The position numbers were made by a program, and so were the translations under genes. The notes under the pieces were generated by a model. It had not been told where the DNA came from. It worked only from the letters and a program-made list of their open reading frames with translations, and searched no databases. A stretch of 64,000 bases of DNA. Source: Caldicoprobacterales bacterium. Its GTDB lineage: Bacteria > Bacillota > Clostridia > Caldicoprobacterales > UBA3941. The stretch lies in NCBI GenBank assembly GCA_050949255.1, contig JBMNFJ010000016.1, positions 787,809 to 851,808 of the forward strand. Direction: 5' to 3'. Of the stretch, positions 45,850-55,134 are shown piece by piece (position 1 is the first letter of the stretch; the number at the start of each line of letters is the position of its first letter).

Positions 45850-45878
45850 ATATTCGACAATCAATTGGATTTTCCTTC
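45850..45878 (-). promoter_or_regulatory. sigma-H type promoter of spo0A with an embedded 0A box
   Basis: Minus strand GAAGGAAAA-11 nt-GTCGAATAT matches RxAGGAWWW-(11-12)-RxxGAATWW. TGTCGAA (complement of 45853-45859) is a perfect 0A box overlapping the -10 element. Confidence 0.55.
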
Positions 45879-45933
45879 CTATTATCGATAAATATTTTTT
45901 ATCCGAAATTAATAGTACTATCCTTGTCCTATA

Positions 45934-47238
45934 TTAATCGTAATCTATTATTTTATTGGATTCCTCCATCATCCATTCGATAAAGATACCGTACCCTTTT
46001 TTAGGATCATTAACAAAAACATGGGTAATGGCCCCTATTATCTTACCATCTTGGATAATTGGACTACCACTCATTCCTTGAACTATTCCCCCCGTTCGTT
46101 CCAATAATATCGGATCTACTATTTCTATTACCATTCCTTTGGCACTTGCCTGGTTTTGATTATTTATTTTAACAATCTGTACATCAAACTCCTTGACTCC
46201 TTCTTCATCAATTGTAGATAAAATCTTAGCCGGTCCCAACCTGACATTGTCCTTGTAACATATAGGCATGGGCTCACCTAAGGTATCAGGGTTAAAGTTC
46301 TTATTCATCTTTCCATATATTCCATAAGGAGTATTTTTAATTATTTGGCCAATTACCTTGCGTTTGTTCGAAAATGCAGCTTTTAATTCCCCAGGATTCC
46401 CTCTCTTTCCTTGTTTTATATCTATTATCTTTGATTGTACTATTTCGCCATTTTTAATTGATAACAAAGTCCCAGTATCGACATCGGTAATAGCGTGACC
46501 TAGTGCACCGAAATGATTCTTTTCGGGGTCATAGAATGTTAGGGTTCCTACACCTGCAGTACTATCCCTAACCCACATTCCAAGCCTGTATTTCCCATCA
46601 TGATAATCTTCAACAGGCGTTATATTTGTAACAAATATATGGTTGCCTCTCAGAATTTCTAATTCTAATGCTTGATTTGGAACTACATTAACTAATTCTG
46701 ATAAATGCTCTGCATTTCTGATAGTTATCCCATTGACTTTCTCTATTACATCACCCGGTCGTAGCCCTGCATCCAAGGCTGGATTATGAGCTACTCCATG
46801 TTTGTCATAGACCTCCGATATGCCTACAAGTAGGGCCCCCTTTGTATATAATGAAACTCCTATGGAGTTACCACCGGGGTATATAAGTCTCGGTGGAGTC
46901 ACTTTTACAAACATTTGTTTTATAGGTATAAGCCCAAAAAGTTTAAAATCCAAGTAGACATCCCCCGGGTTGACCGTCTCGATTGATAAGGGTTTACCCA
47001 TCTCATAAACATGCTGATCCTTCAAAGAGCTTCCATTGAATTTTATGACATCAACATTATTACCTTCTATCTTTATCGGTAGGGGTATCCTAAAATTTAG
47101 AGTTTTAGTATCTCCTTCAAATAATTGGATTCTGTTGGGAATACTTTTGATACCCTGTACGTAAGGTGAATAATTTAATAGCAAAAAAAATAAGGCAAAG
47201 GTTACTCCTAATATTCTCTTAAAAGATGATTTCCCCAT
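45934..47238 (-). CDS. spoIVB: SpoIVB signalling serine peptidase (S55) with PDZ domain
   Basis: 434 aa. N-terminal signal anchor, PDZ (GLRPGDVIEKVNG) and GTLTFYDP...HAI...GMSGSPI catalytic blocks. Confidence 0.92.
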   Translation of the reverse strand: MGKSSFKRILGVTFALFFLLLNYSPYVQGIKSIPNRIQLFEGDTKTLNFRIPLPIKIEGNNVDVIKFNGSSLKDQHVYEMGKPLSIETVNPGDVYLDFKLFGLIPIKQMFVKVTPPRLIYPGGNSIGVSLYTKGALLVGISEVYDKHGVAHNPALDAGLRPGDVIEKVNGITIRNAEHLSELVNVVPNQALELEILRGNHIFVTNITPVEDYHDGKYRLGMWVRDSTAGVGTLTFYDPEKNHFGALGHAITDVDTGTLLSIKNGEIVQSKIIDIKQGKRGNPGELKAAFSNKRKVIGQIIKNTPYGIYGKMNKNFNPDTLGEPMPICYKDNVRLGPAKILSTIDEEGVKEFDVQIVKINNQNQASAKGMVIEIVDPILLERTGGIVQGMSGSPIIQDGKIIGAITHVFVNDPKKGYGIFIEWMMEESNKIIDYD

Positions 47239-47342
47239 TCTTCAATATTCTCCTGTCACAACTTTTATGTTTTTTAGTTTTATATAAATAAGGTAACCTC
47301 ATAAAAGTGATTTATACGAGTTAAGAATGCGTAAAATTAGGG

Positions 47343-47370
47343 AAAAAAAGAAAGAGCTATTGCTCTTTGC
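47343..47370 (-). terminator. rho-independent terminator after recN
   Basis: Minus strand GCAAAGAGCAATAGCTCTTTC followed by TTTTTTT. Confidence 0.75.
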
Positions 47371-47459
47371 CACTATATGGAAATTTGCTATAGTTTTTAG
47401 CTGGTTAGCATGGTACAGGGGTTGAACATTACAAGTTTGTTTTTCATATCTTTGAGAGA

Positions 47460-49193
47460 TTAGACAGACTTATTTTTGTGTTTCTGGGCGGTTCGAATTA
47501 ATTCCAATGCATGTTCCATGCTAGTCTTTGTTAGTTCTTTTCCACCTGACATTTTTGCGATCTCTTCTTGACGTCCAACTTCATCCAATCTATACACAAT
47601 TGTTCTGGTATGACCACCCACAACCTCTTTCTGAACCTTATAGTGAACATCTGCCATAGCCGCTATCTGGGGTAGGTGCGTAACACAGATCACTTGGCGC
47701 GTTCTAGAGATGTTACCCATCTTTTCACCAATCACATGGGCTATACGTCCACTTGTACCAACGTCAATTTCATCAAAGATTAGGGTGGGAATGTCATCTA
47801 CCTGGGCTAATATGGTCTTGAACGCTAGCATTATCCGGGACATCTCACCGCCAGATACTATTTTAGATAACGGTTTAACAGGTTCCCCAGGGTTCGTAGA
47901 TAATAAAAATTCTATTCTATCGTATCCACTGGAGGTTATTCTATTTACTAGATCAGTAGCATCCCCTTCATTTATAGTTGAGTCCATATTAACGTGAAAA
48001 CTGGATTTGTCCATACCTAGTTCACTTAGCTGAGATAGCAGTTGTTTTTCAAAATATGCGGCTGTTTCTTTTCGCTTCTTTGATAAAACATCGCATGCTT
48101 TTATAAGCTTTCGGAGGATTTTCTCTTCTTCCTTCCTTAATTCCTCCAACAGGTCTTGACTATTCTCTAACTCCTCCAATTCCTTTTTGATAGTCCATAG
48201 GTACTCCTTTATTTCAGCGATATCTGATCCATACTTTCTCTTTAATGCCCGTATTATCTCCAGACGCTTTTCAATTTCATCTAATCTAAGAGGGTTGTAT
48301 TCAAATTGCTCCTTATAATTTCTTATTTCCAACACTACATCCTCTAATTGGTAAGACAAGGATTCAATCTTCTCATTTATTTCTTCTAGTTTTGGTTCAA
48401 TGCCGGCGATCTGATTAAGACCTGACAATGCCTCGCCAATGAGGTCTGTAACCGAAGGATGAATATTAGATCCCGTGTATAAATTTTGGTAAATCGTATT
48501 AATGATATGCATTATTTTTTCCGAGTTAACTAATATAGTTCTTTCATGGTTTAGTTCCTCTTCTTCGCCATCTCTTAAATTTGCGCTTTCAATCTCGTTA
48601 ATTTGGTAGGTCAGAAGATCTTTACGCCTTTCACCATCCATACCAATACCTGAGAGTCTCCTTATCCGTTTCTGTATCTCTTTCCAAGTAGAATATACAT
48701 TCTCGACTTCTTTCCTCGCCTTTATAGTCTCTTCCCCACCTAACATATCCAGCAATTCCTGATGCTGCTCAACGTTTAAAAGGGATTGATGCTGGTGTTG
48801 GCCATGAACATCAATTAGGTATTTACCAACATTTCTTAAAGTAGATAGGGTGACCATCCTGCCATTAATTCTGCATATGTTCCTTCCATTAGCGGTCAGT
48901 TCTCGCATTAACAAAAGGGTACCATCGGATTCCATCTCTATGCCAAACTGGCCTAAAAAATCGCCTATGGCGGCTTGTTTCCTAATATCGAATATAGCCT
49001 CCACCAAAGCAAAATTCTTGCCTGTTTGTATTAGATCCCTATCGGCCCTTTCCCCTAATATCAGATTTACCGCATCAATAATAATGGATTTACCAGCTCC
49101 GGTTTCACCAGTCATAATGTTAAATCCTTTATCAAAATCTAAATTGATTTCATCTATTAGAGCAATATTCTTAACCGATAAATGCATAAGCAT
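47460..49193 (-). CDS. recN: DNA repair protein RecN
   Basis: 577 aa. Walker A GETGAGKS, long coiled coil, SGGEMSR signature and FDEID Walker B. Confidence 0.93.
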   Translation of the reverse strand: MLMHLSVKNIALIDEINLDFDKGFNIMTGETGAGKSIIIDAVNLILGERADRDLIQTGKNFALVEAIFDIRKQAAIGDFLGQFGIEMESDGTLLLMRELTANGRNICRINGRMVTLSTLRNVGKYLIDVHGQHQHQSLLNVEQHQELLDMLGGEETIKARKEVENVYSTWKEIQKRIRRLSGIGMDGERRKDLLTYQINEIESANLRDGEEEELNHERTILVNSEKIMHIINTIYQNLYTGSNIHPSVTDLIGEALSGLNQIAGIEPKLEEINEKIESLSYQLEDVVLEIRNYKEQFEYNPLRLDEIEKRLEIIRALKRKYGSDIAEIKEYLWTIKKELEELENSQDLLEELRKEEEKILRKLIKACDVLSKKRKETAAYFEKQLLSQLSELGMDKSSFHVNMDSTINEGDATDLVNRITSSGYDRIEFLLSTNPGEPVKPLSKIVSGGEMSRIMLAFKTILAQVDDIPTLIFDEIDVGTSGRIAHVIGEKMGNISRTRQVICVTHLPQIAAMADVHYKVQKEVVGGHTRTIVYRLDEVGRQEEIAKMSGGKELTKTSMEHALELIRTAQKHKNKSV

Positions 49194-49242
49194 TCAACAG
49201 TCCCCCTTGTATAAAGCACATGGTCTGTTTTCATTTCCGGCT

Positions 49243-49692
49243 CTAACGTCCGATTTGTTGAAACCGGTTAATTATATCATTAACTGGTTGATTTTCACGT
49301 ACAACTACTAAAATAGTATCATCCCCAGCAATACAACCTACAATCTCCTCCCAGCCTAAAGAATCTATAGCAGAAGCAGCAGCTTGAGCACTTCCGGCAA
49401 TTGTTTTTATCACTATCAAATTATTCGATGAATCCATAGAAACAACGGATTCTGCAAATACCCTTATTAATTTTTGGGAAATGCCGGTCTCAGCATTATC
49501 AATAAGGGCATATTTTAAAATTCCAGAGGACGCCATTACTTTCACGAGCCGGAGTTCTTTTATATCCCTTGAAACCGTAGCTTGAGTAACATCAATACCC
49601 CTTTTACGTAATTCCTCTGCTAATTCTTCTTGGGTTTCAATATCCATACTTTCGATGATCTCTAAAATCTTAGAATGGCGAGTGTATTTCAT
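49243..49692 (-). CDS. argR: arginine repressor ArgR/AhrC
   Basis: 149 aa. Contains RHSKILEII...TQEELAEELRKRGIDVTQATVSRDIKEL and C-terminal GCIAGDDTILVV. Confidence 0.92.
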   Translation of the reverse strand: MKYTRHSKILEIIESMDIETQEELAEELRKRGIDVTQATVSRDIKELRLVKVMASSGILKYALIDNAETGISQKLIRVFAESVVSMDSSNNLIVIKTIAGSAQAAASAIDSLGWEEIVGCIAGDDTILVVVRENQPVNDIINRFQQIGR

Positions 49693-49741
49693 CTTGGATC
49701 ATACCTCCATAACCCTATTCTTTAATGATTTTCTACATACA

Positions 49742-50587
49742 TCATATTATAATTTTCTCGTGGATCAAGTCGAAAAAGTTTTGCTTCTTAGTGCGCAATA
49801 GTTGAACATATGTATCAGCTTTCTTTACTAAAATTCTGTCACCACCAATCAATGTAGCCACAGCCTGCCCATCAGCTGTCAAAGCAATGTCTCGGTCAGG
49901 GCACATTATTTCTATCTCTATTATATCGTTGCAGTTAATGATAATAGAGCGGGCATTCAATGAATGCGGACAAATTGGCGTAAGAAGTAGGCATTCCAGA
50001 CTCGGATCAACGATGGGGCCACCTGCTGAAAGTGAATAAGCCGTTGAACCGGTGGGGCTGGATACCAACAAGCCATCTCCTGAATAGCTGTTTATCTCAT
50101 GACTATTTACACTGGCTTTTAGTTGAATTATTCTAGAAACGAGCGCCTTCATTATCCCTATGTCATTGAACGCAAGAAAAGGGGAACATGATTTCTCCCC
50201 CCTGACAATGGTACCTTCGAGCATCATTCTCCTTTCTATATAGTATTCACCCTCTTTTAATGCCTCAAGTGCTTTAGGTGCTTGTGAAAAATCCCCATCT
50301 GTTAAAAAACCGAGGTTCCCCGTGTTAATACCCATTATCGGCTTATCCCATAGGGCAGCCTGACAGGCTGCTTGAAGTAATGTACCATCCCCTCCCAAAG
50401 AAACAATTATATCCGAAAGGGAGTATAATTGTTGCTCAGGAGTAGGTTCACCTACCTTGATGATATCATGGACTCCTGGTATTACTTGTACCCTCATATC
50501 TAAGCTACGGGCAATTTCTACTATCCTTCGGGTCTTTATCCCACTAGGGTCCTTGGTTAGATTGGCTATAAGTCCTATTATTTTCAA
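49742..50587 (-). CDS. nadK: NAD+ kinase
   Basis: 281 aa. GGDGTLL motif, NTGNLGFL, STPTGSTAYSLSAGGPI. TTG start. Confidence 0.92.
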   Translation of the reverse strand: MKIIGLIANLTKDPSGIKTRRIVEIARSLDMRVQVIPGVHDIIKVGEPTPEQQLYSLSDIIVSLGGDGTLLQAACQAALWDKPIMGINTGNLGFLTDGDFSQAPKALEALKEGEYYIERRMMLEGTIVRGEKSCSPFLAFNDIGIMKALVSRIIQLKASVNSHEINSYSGDGLLVSSPTGSTAYSLSAGGPIVDPSLECLLLTPICPHSLNARSIIINCNDIIEIEIMCPDRDIALTADGQAVATLIGGDRILVKKADTYVQLLRTKKQNFFDLIHEKIII

Positions 50588-50675
50588 TAAGCCCCCCCCT
50601 TTTATTATGGGTATTACCTAAGTTAAGTTGCCAGGTGGCGCTTTAAATATAAAATTATCAGTGCCATTACCTACA

Positions 50676-51506
50676 TTATAATTCAGAATGTGCTGCTTTA
50701 ACTGTATCGTCTATGAGGTGTCCATATTCTATATCATTTTTATAAGGACTAACAGTATTCCCCTGCCCTTTATACAAATGTATTAGAAATTCAATATTAC
50801 CCTTGGGTCCCTTAATGGGAGAAAAAGTTAATCCTTTGAAAGTCAAACCTAATTGAAGGCAGGTAGATAAAACTTCACTTAAGACTTCCTTATGAATATC
50901 AGGGGATCTAACAACCCCGTTTTTACCTACCTTTTCTCTGCCAGCTTCAAATTGAGGCTTTATTAGGGATACTATATGGCTGTCGGGTAGTAATATCTCT
51001 TTTACTACGGGTAATACAATCTTTAATGAGATAAATGAGACATCTATTACCGCACCCTGGGGCTCGTCCTCCAGGTCATCCCTTGTCACATCACGAATGT
51101 TAACCCTCTCCATGACAACAACTCTATGATCTTGTCTAAGTTTCCAGGCCAATTGGCCATATCCTACATCAATGGAATATACCTTCTTTGCTCCATATTT
51201 CAAGAGGCAGTCGGTAAATCCCCCTGTAGAAGCGCCTACATCAATATAGACCCTGTCTTCAACTGGAGGTTTAAAGATATCCAATGCTTTTTGGAGTTTA
51301 AGACCTCCCCTACTTACGAAGGGAATGGGATCTTCTTCAACAATTATAGCCGATTCGGGTGATATCAGGGTGCCTGGTTTGTCCACCATTTGCCCATCTA
51401 CACGCACTACTCCGGACAGAATAATACGCTTTGCTTTTTCCCGGGATAGTGCTAAACCCTTATTGACCAGAATTATGTCAAGCCTTTGTTTTGAGGTTGT
51501 GGACAT
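50676..51506 (-). CDS. tlyA: TlyA family rRNA (cytidine-2'-O)-methyltransferase
   Basis: Start at MSTTSKQRLD (ATG at 51506, SD AAGGAG). S4 domain, then FtsJ-like DVGASTGGFTD. Confidence 0.9.
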   Translation of the reverse strand: MSTTSKQRLDIILVNKGLALSREKAKRIILSGVVRVDGQMVDKPGTLISPESAIIVEEDPIPFVSRGGLKLQKALDIFKPPVEDRVYIDVGASTGGFTDCLLKYGAKKVYSIDVGYGQLAWKLRQDHRVVVMERVNIRDVTRDDLEDEPQGAVIDVSFISLKIVLPVVKEILLPDSHIVSLIKPQFEAGREKVGKNGVVRSPDIHKEVLSEVLSTCLQLGLTFKGLTFSPIKGPKGNIEFLIHLYKGQGNTVSPYKNDIEYGHLIDDTVKAAHSEL

Positions 51507-53403
51507 ATATATTCTCCTTAACACCGTGCAAAAAGCACTTTATCCTATTGGCTACACTATTTGGATCAAGGTGTAGCAATTGTATTAGCTGATCTACTTT
51601 TCCTTGAGGTACGAAAGTATCCGGAATACCTAAACTGATCATATTAATATCCAAACCCTTGTTATTAATATAATTAATAATTGAGCTGCCAAATCCACCC
51701 GTTAAAACATTGTCCTCTAGGGTGATCCAATGGGTATGGCTCATGGAAAGAGATTGTAGGGTATCCTCATCCAATGGTTTTATACATCTTGTATTTACAA
51801 CTTGTGCATTTATTCCTAATCCCTTTAGAAGTTCAGCCGCCTCGATGGCAACCTGCAACATTTTACCGAAAGAGAATATACAACAATCCTCTCCATACAC
51901 TAATGTTTCCCAATCATAAGGATTAAACGGGGTTTTGTTCTCGGAATAGGGCAGTGAAGAAGAATTAACATAACCTTTGGGATACCTAATGGCAATTGGT
52001 CCATTAACATGCAATGAAAAATCCATTATATCCCTTAGTTCATTGGTATCTTTAGGGGCAAATATTGCCAAATTGGGTATATGGTTTAAGTAGCTGATAT
52101 CGAATATGCCCTGATGTGTTTCTCCATCCTCCCCTACCAAGCCTGCACGATCGATAGCAAACCTCACGGGTAGATTTTGAATACAAACATCATGAAGGAT
52201 TTGGTCATAAGCACGCTGAAGGAAAGTCGAATAAATAGCTACATAAGGCTTTAGTCCACTATTGGCAAGTCCTGCTGCCATAGTAACAGCATGCTGTTCT
52301 GCTATTCCAACATCAAAAAAGCGATTGGGATACCGTTCTTGAAATTTTATTAAGCCTGTCGATTCCGGCATTGCAGCAGTGATGGCAACCACTTTGTCGT
52401 CTTTACCCGCCAGCTCCACCAATTTGTTACCAAATGCCCCTGAAAAAGTTTCACAAGCTATCCCCTTGGTCCTTCCAGTTTCCATTGTAAAGGGGGGGAC
52501 CCCATGAAAGAACTCCGGATCCTTCTCTGCATATTCGTAGCCCTTACCCTTTTGGGTGATTACATGAATGAGTACAGGACCTTCCATTCTTGAAGCTTGT
52601 CCTAATACATTAATCAGGCTGTTAATATTATGTCCATCAATAGGTCCAAGATATCTAAAGCCCATTTCTTCAAATATCATACCGTGTACCAGAAGTGATT
52701 TAAAACCCCTTTTTATTAATTCAATTGATCTGAATATGGGCTTACCAATCCATGGTATTCCATCAAGCATCTTTTGTATGCCCTTTTTAAACCAATTATA
52801 TTTTGAACTTGACCTGACCTTGGATAAGTGACCAGCCAGTGCACCGACATTTTGCGAAATGGACATCTCATTATCATTTAACACAACTATTAGGTTTGTC
52901 TTGGTATGTCCTGCATCATTAAGGGCTTCAAAAGCCATTCCTCCGGTAAGCGCCCCGTCACCAACAACAGCTATAACATGATGTTTATCACAATCCTTAA
53001 TATCTCTAGCCCTGGCTATACCTAAGGCCGCTGATATAGCTGTACTGCTGTGACCTGTTCCAAAAATATCGTGTTCGCTTTCATCAGGTTTAGGAAAGCC
53101 ACTAAGCCCACCTAATTGTCTGAGAGAAGTGAACATATCCTTTCTTCCAGTTAAGATCTTATGTACATATGATTGGTGCCCAACATCCCAAATAATCTTG
53201 TCAATGGGACTGTTGAAAACATAATGAAGCGCTAATGTTAACTCAACTACGCCTAAGTTTGATGCCAGGTGGCCACCAGTATTAGAAACACTGTCCAATA
53301 TAAAGGCCCGTATCTCTTTACATAACTGATCCATTTCGTCTAATGTCAATGCCTTGAGATCCATAGGCTTATCTATCGAATTAAGCAATGAATACTTAGT
53401 CAT
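51478..53403 (-). CDS. dxs: 1-deoxy-D-xylulose-5-phosphate synthase
   Basis: 641 aa. Contains GGHLASNLGVVELTLALH, GHSSTAISAALG and GDGALTGGMAFEALN. The ATG overlaps the oapA stop (ATGA). The 3' end overlaps the tlyA start by 29 nt. Confidence 0.95.
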   Translation of the reverse strand: MTKYSLLNSIDKPMDLKALTLDEMDQLCKEIRAFILDSVSNTGGHLASNLGVVELTLALHYVFNSPIDKIIWDVGHQSYVHKILTGRKDMFTSLRQLGGLSGFPKPDESEHDIFGTGHSSTAISAALGIARARDIKDCDKHHVIAVVGDGALTGGMAFEALNDAGHTKTNLIVVLNDNEMSISQNVGALAGHLSKVRSSSKYNWFKKGIQKMLDGIPWIGKPIFRSIELIKRGFKSLLVHGMIFEEMGFRYLGPIDGHNINSLINVLGQASRMEGPVLIHVITQKGKGYEYAEKDPEFFHGVPPFTMETGRTKGIACETFSGAFGNKLVELAGKDDKVVAITAAMPESTGLIKFQERYPNRFFDVGIAEQHAVTMAAGLANSGLKPYVAIYSTFLQRAYDQILHDVCIQNLPVRFAIDRAGLVGEDGETHQGIFDISYLNHIPNLAIFAPKDTNELRDIMDFSLHVNGPIAIRYPKGYVNSSSLPYSENKTPFNPYDWETLVYGEDCCIFSFGKMLQVAIEAAELLKGLGINAQVVNTRCIKPLDEDTLQSLSMSHTHWITLEDNVLTGGFGSSIINYINNKGLDINMISLGIPDTFVPQGKVDQLIQLLHLDPNSVANRIKCFLHGVKENIYVHNLKTKA

Positions 53404-54020
53404 TTCATTTCTTTCCTTTTGGTTATCCTATTGTTTTTATCTTTGCTTGAGCTATTTGCTGAAAAAAACGATAACAGATAGCCAACACTATATACTATTT
53501 GCTGACCCTTATTAATGGCCAGGCTCTTTCCCATGGCTTTACCTGCCACCGTTATGGCTGCAATGAGACTGCTTATCAATATGGTCAACATGTCTGGGTT
53601 AAATCCAACTCTAACCATTTTTACGACCAACATACTACCCGCCGCACCGCTAACTATTCCGCATATATCGCCTACAACATCATTACAAAAGTTTGATACT
53701 ATATCAGCGTTTTTTACTAAGTTAAGGGCTTGCTTTGCACCCTTTATTTTTTTTGACGACATTGACAAGAAAGGTGTTTCAGGCGTTGATGTTACAGCAA
53801 TTCCAATTATATCAAATATAACCCCTATCAATATAATAATAAATATAATAGACAGGGGTAACAGAAAATTAGCAGATGAAGAAAATGTCTTTTGAGACAC
53901 AATGCTAAAAACTATGGAAATAACAAATGTTACAAAAAAAATTTTCAAAACCCAGTGATTTTTAGATTTATCGTTCTTTTTTTTAGTGCTAATGGATTTT
54001 GGCAAACCAAAGCCTCGCAT
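53400..54020 (-). CDS. oapA: OLE-associated membrane protein OapA (206 aa)
   Basis: An internal ATG at 54018-54020 with AGGAG 7 nt upstream starts a basic N-terminus (STKKKNDKSKN) followed by about four TM helices, including a DVVGD (DxxxD) motif. Sits directly between the OLE-like RNA and dxs. The upstream 125 codons of the 331-aa track ORF lie within the structured RNA. Confidence 0.7.
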   Translation of the reverse strand: MRGFGLPKSISTKKKNDKSKNHWVLKIFFVTFVISIVFSIVSQKTFSSSANFLLPLSIIFIIILIGVIFDIIGIAVTSTPETPFLSMSSKKIKGAKQALNLVKNADIVSNFCNDVVGDICGIVSGAAGSMLVVKMVRVGFNPDMLTILISSLIAAITVAGKAMGKSLAINKGQQIVYSVGYLLSFFSANSSSKDKNNRITKRKEMK

Positions 54021-54033
54021 TTCTTTACTCCTA

Positions 54034-54645
54034 AGGATCTCTATATAGGATCCTAAAAATAGTAATCTGGTGGTGATGAATTGGATAAACTTTGCGGCTT
54101 TGGTCCAGTAGGATTTCCCGAACCCGTACTTCTCGTCGCCGAAAAAGCGGTTTCCCTTTAAACGAATCCTTACCGTGTCGCCAACGATAAAACTGGATCG
54201 CCATAACACCACACTGTAATCTCCAACCCATCCCATAATGGGCAGTCTAGGAGCTTTCCTCAACAGTCCAAACCAATTTCTAGCCTCTTTTGCAGAAAGG
54301 ATTTCATAAGGCAAAAATCTTAGTTCATGGGCCCTATGAACATCGATCCGATCCTTAATCCGCCCATTCCACTCAAGGCAGGCTACTCTGTACACAGCTT
54401 TTATTCACCGCAATACAGGTTTAATCCCAAGTAGTAGTAGAGCTCACCACCGGCTTGGGTCTCCACGAAAGCTGGGTCAACGCCCGCATGCCCTTGCGGA
54501 TCGCCCTTCTTTCTTAACTCCCAGCACCAGCCCCCAACTGGGCGTTAGATGCCAGCACCAGGAACTTCATCGATGTGCCCTCAACGGATTTTTAGGCCCG
54601 TCTTCAAAACTGGTTGCACTGACTAGAATACTGCACCACCAGAAT
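54034..54645 (-). ncRNA. ole: OLE (ornate, large, extremophilic) RNA candidate, about 600 nt
   Basis: GC-rich non-coding block in an AT-rich genome. The 5' CTGGTGGTG (complement of 54634-54642) is exactly complementary to the 3' CACCACCAG (complement of 54067-54075), giving a long-range closing helix. Many internal GC hairpins. A terminal AGGATC-N9-GATCCT hairpin abuts the oapA SD. Gene context (xseA-xseB-ispA-[RNA]-membrane protein-dxs-tlyA-nadK-argR-recN) is the one described for OLE. Confidence 0.72.
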
Positions 54646-54680
54646 AATAATTATAACATAACTATAAATAATATACAAAT

Positions 54681-55124
54681 TTAAAAGAATAACCTTGAAA
54701 TCAGAAAACCCAAAACTGCACCAGCAATAACTTCAATCGGTGTATGACCTAATAGTTCTTTTAATTTTTCTTCAGAAACACTTCTGCTGGTATGAATCTG
54801 TTCCAGTATTTCATTGAGTACGGCTGCTTGTTTCCCTGCCGCTCTTCTTACACCGGCAGCATCATACATAACTATTAGTGAAAAGGTTAAGGCTAATGCA
54901 AACATGGGAGAATCATACCCTTCAAATCTCCCCACAGACGTAGCTAATGATACTACAAGGGCAGAGTGAGAGCTTGGCATCCCGCCTGCCCCAATAAATC
55001 TTCTAATATCGAATTTCCTATTAAAAATAAATGTAAGAATAACTTTTAATAACTGGGCTACAAACCACGCCAACAGGCTAACCCAAAGAATATTATTGTA
55101 GAGCAACTGGGTATAGTAACTCAT
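54681..55124 (-). CDS. divergent PAP2 (DUF212, acid phosphatase/vanadium haloperoxidase-related) membrane protein
   Basis: 147 aa. Contains GGMPSSHSALVVSL and MYDAAGVRRAAGKQA. Confidence 0.75.
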   Translation of the reverse strand: MSYYTQLLYNNILWVSLLAWFVAQLLKVILTFIFNRKFDIRRFIGAGGMPSSHSALVVSLATSVGRFEGYDSPMFALALTFSLIVMYDAAGVRRAAGKQAAVLNEILEQIHTSRSVSEEKLKELLGHTPIEVIAGAVLGFLISRLFF

Positions 55125-55134
55125 GGGATACCTC

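Noticed and set aside
54021-54395. N-terminal 125 codons of the 331-aa ORF (MYRVACLEWNGRIKDRIDVH...)
   Set aside because: No SD at 54395. The sequence is GC-rich and self-complementary and lies inside the OLE-like RNA. The real gene (oapA) starts at an internal ATG with a good SD. The 66-aa ORF at 54031-54231 is rejected for the same reason.
54034-54645. ORF-less group II intron as an explanation for the GC-rich structured block
   Set aside because: I could not find a convincing 5' GUGYG start or a domain V (AGC triad hairpin) near the 3' end, and no interrupted host gene is evident. The gene context fits OLE RNA much better.
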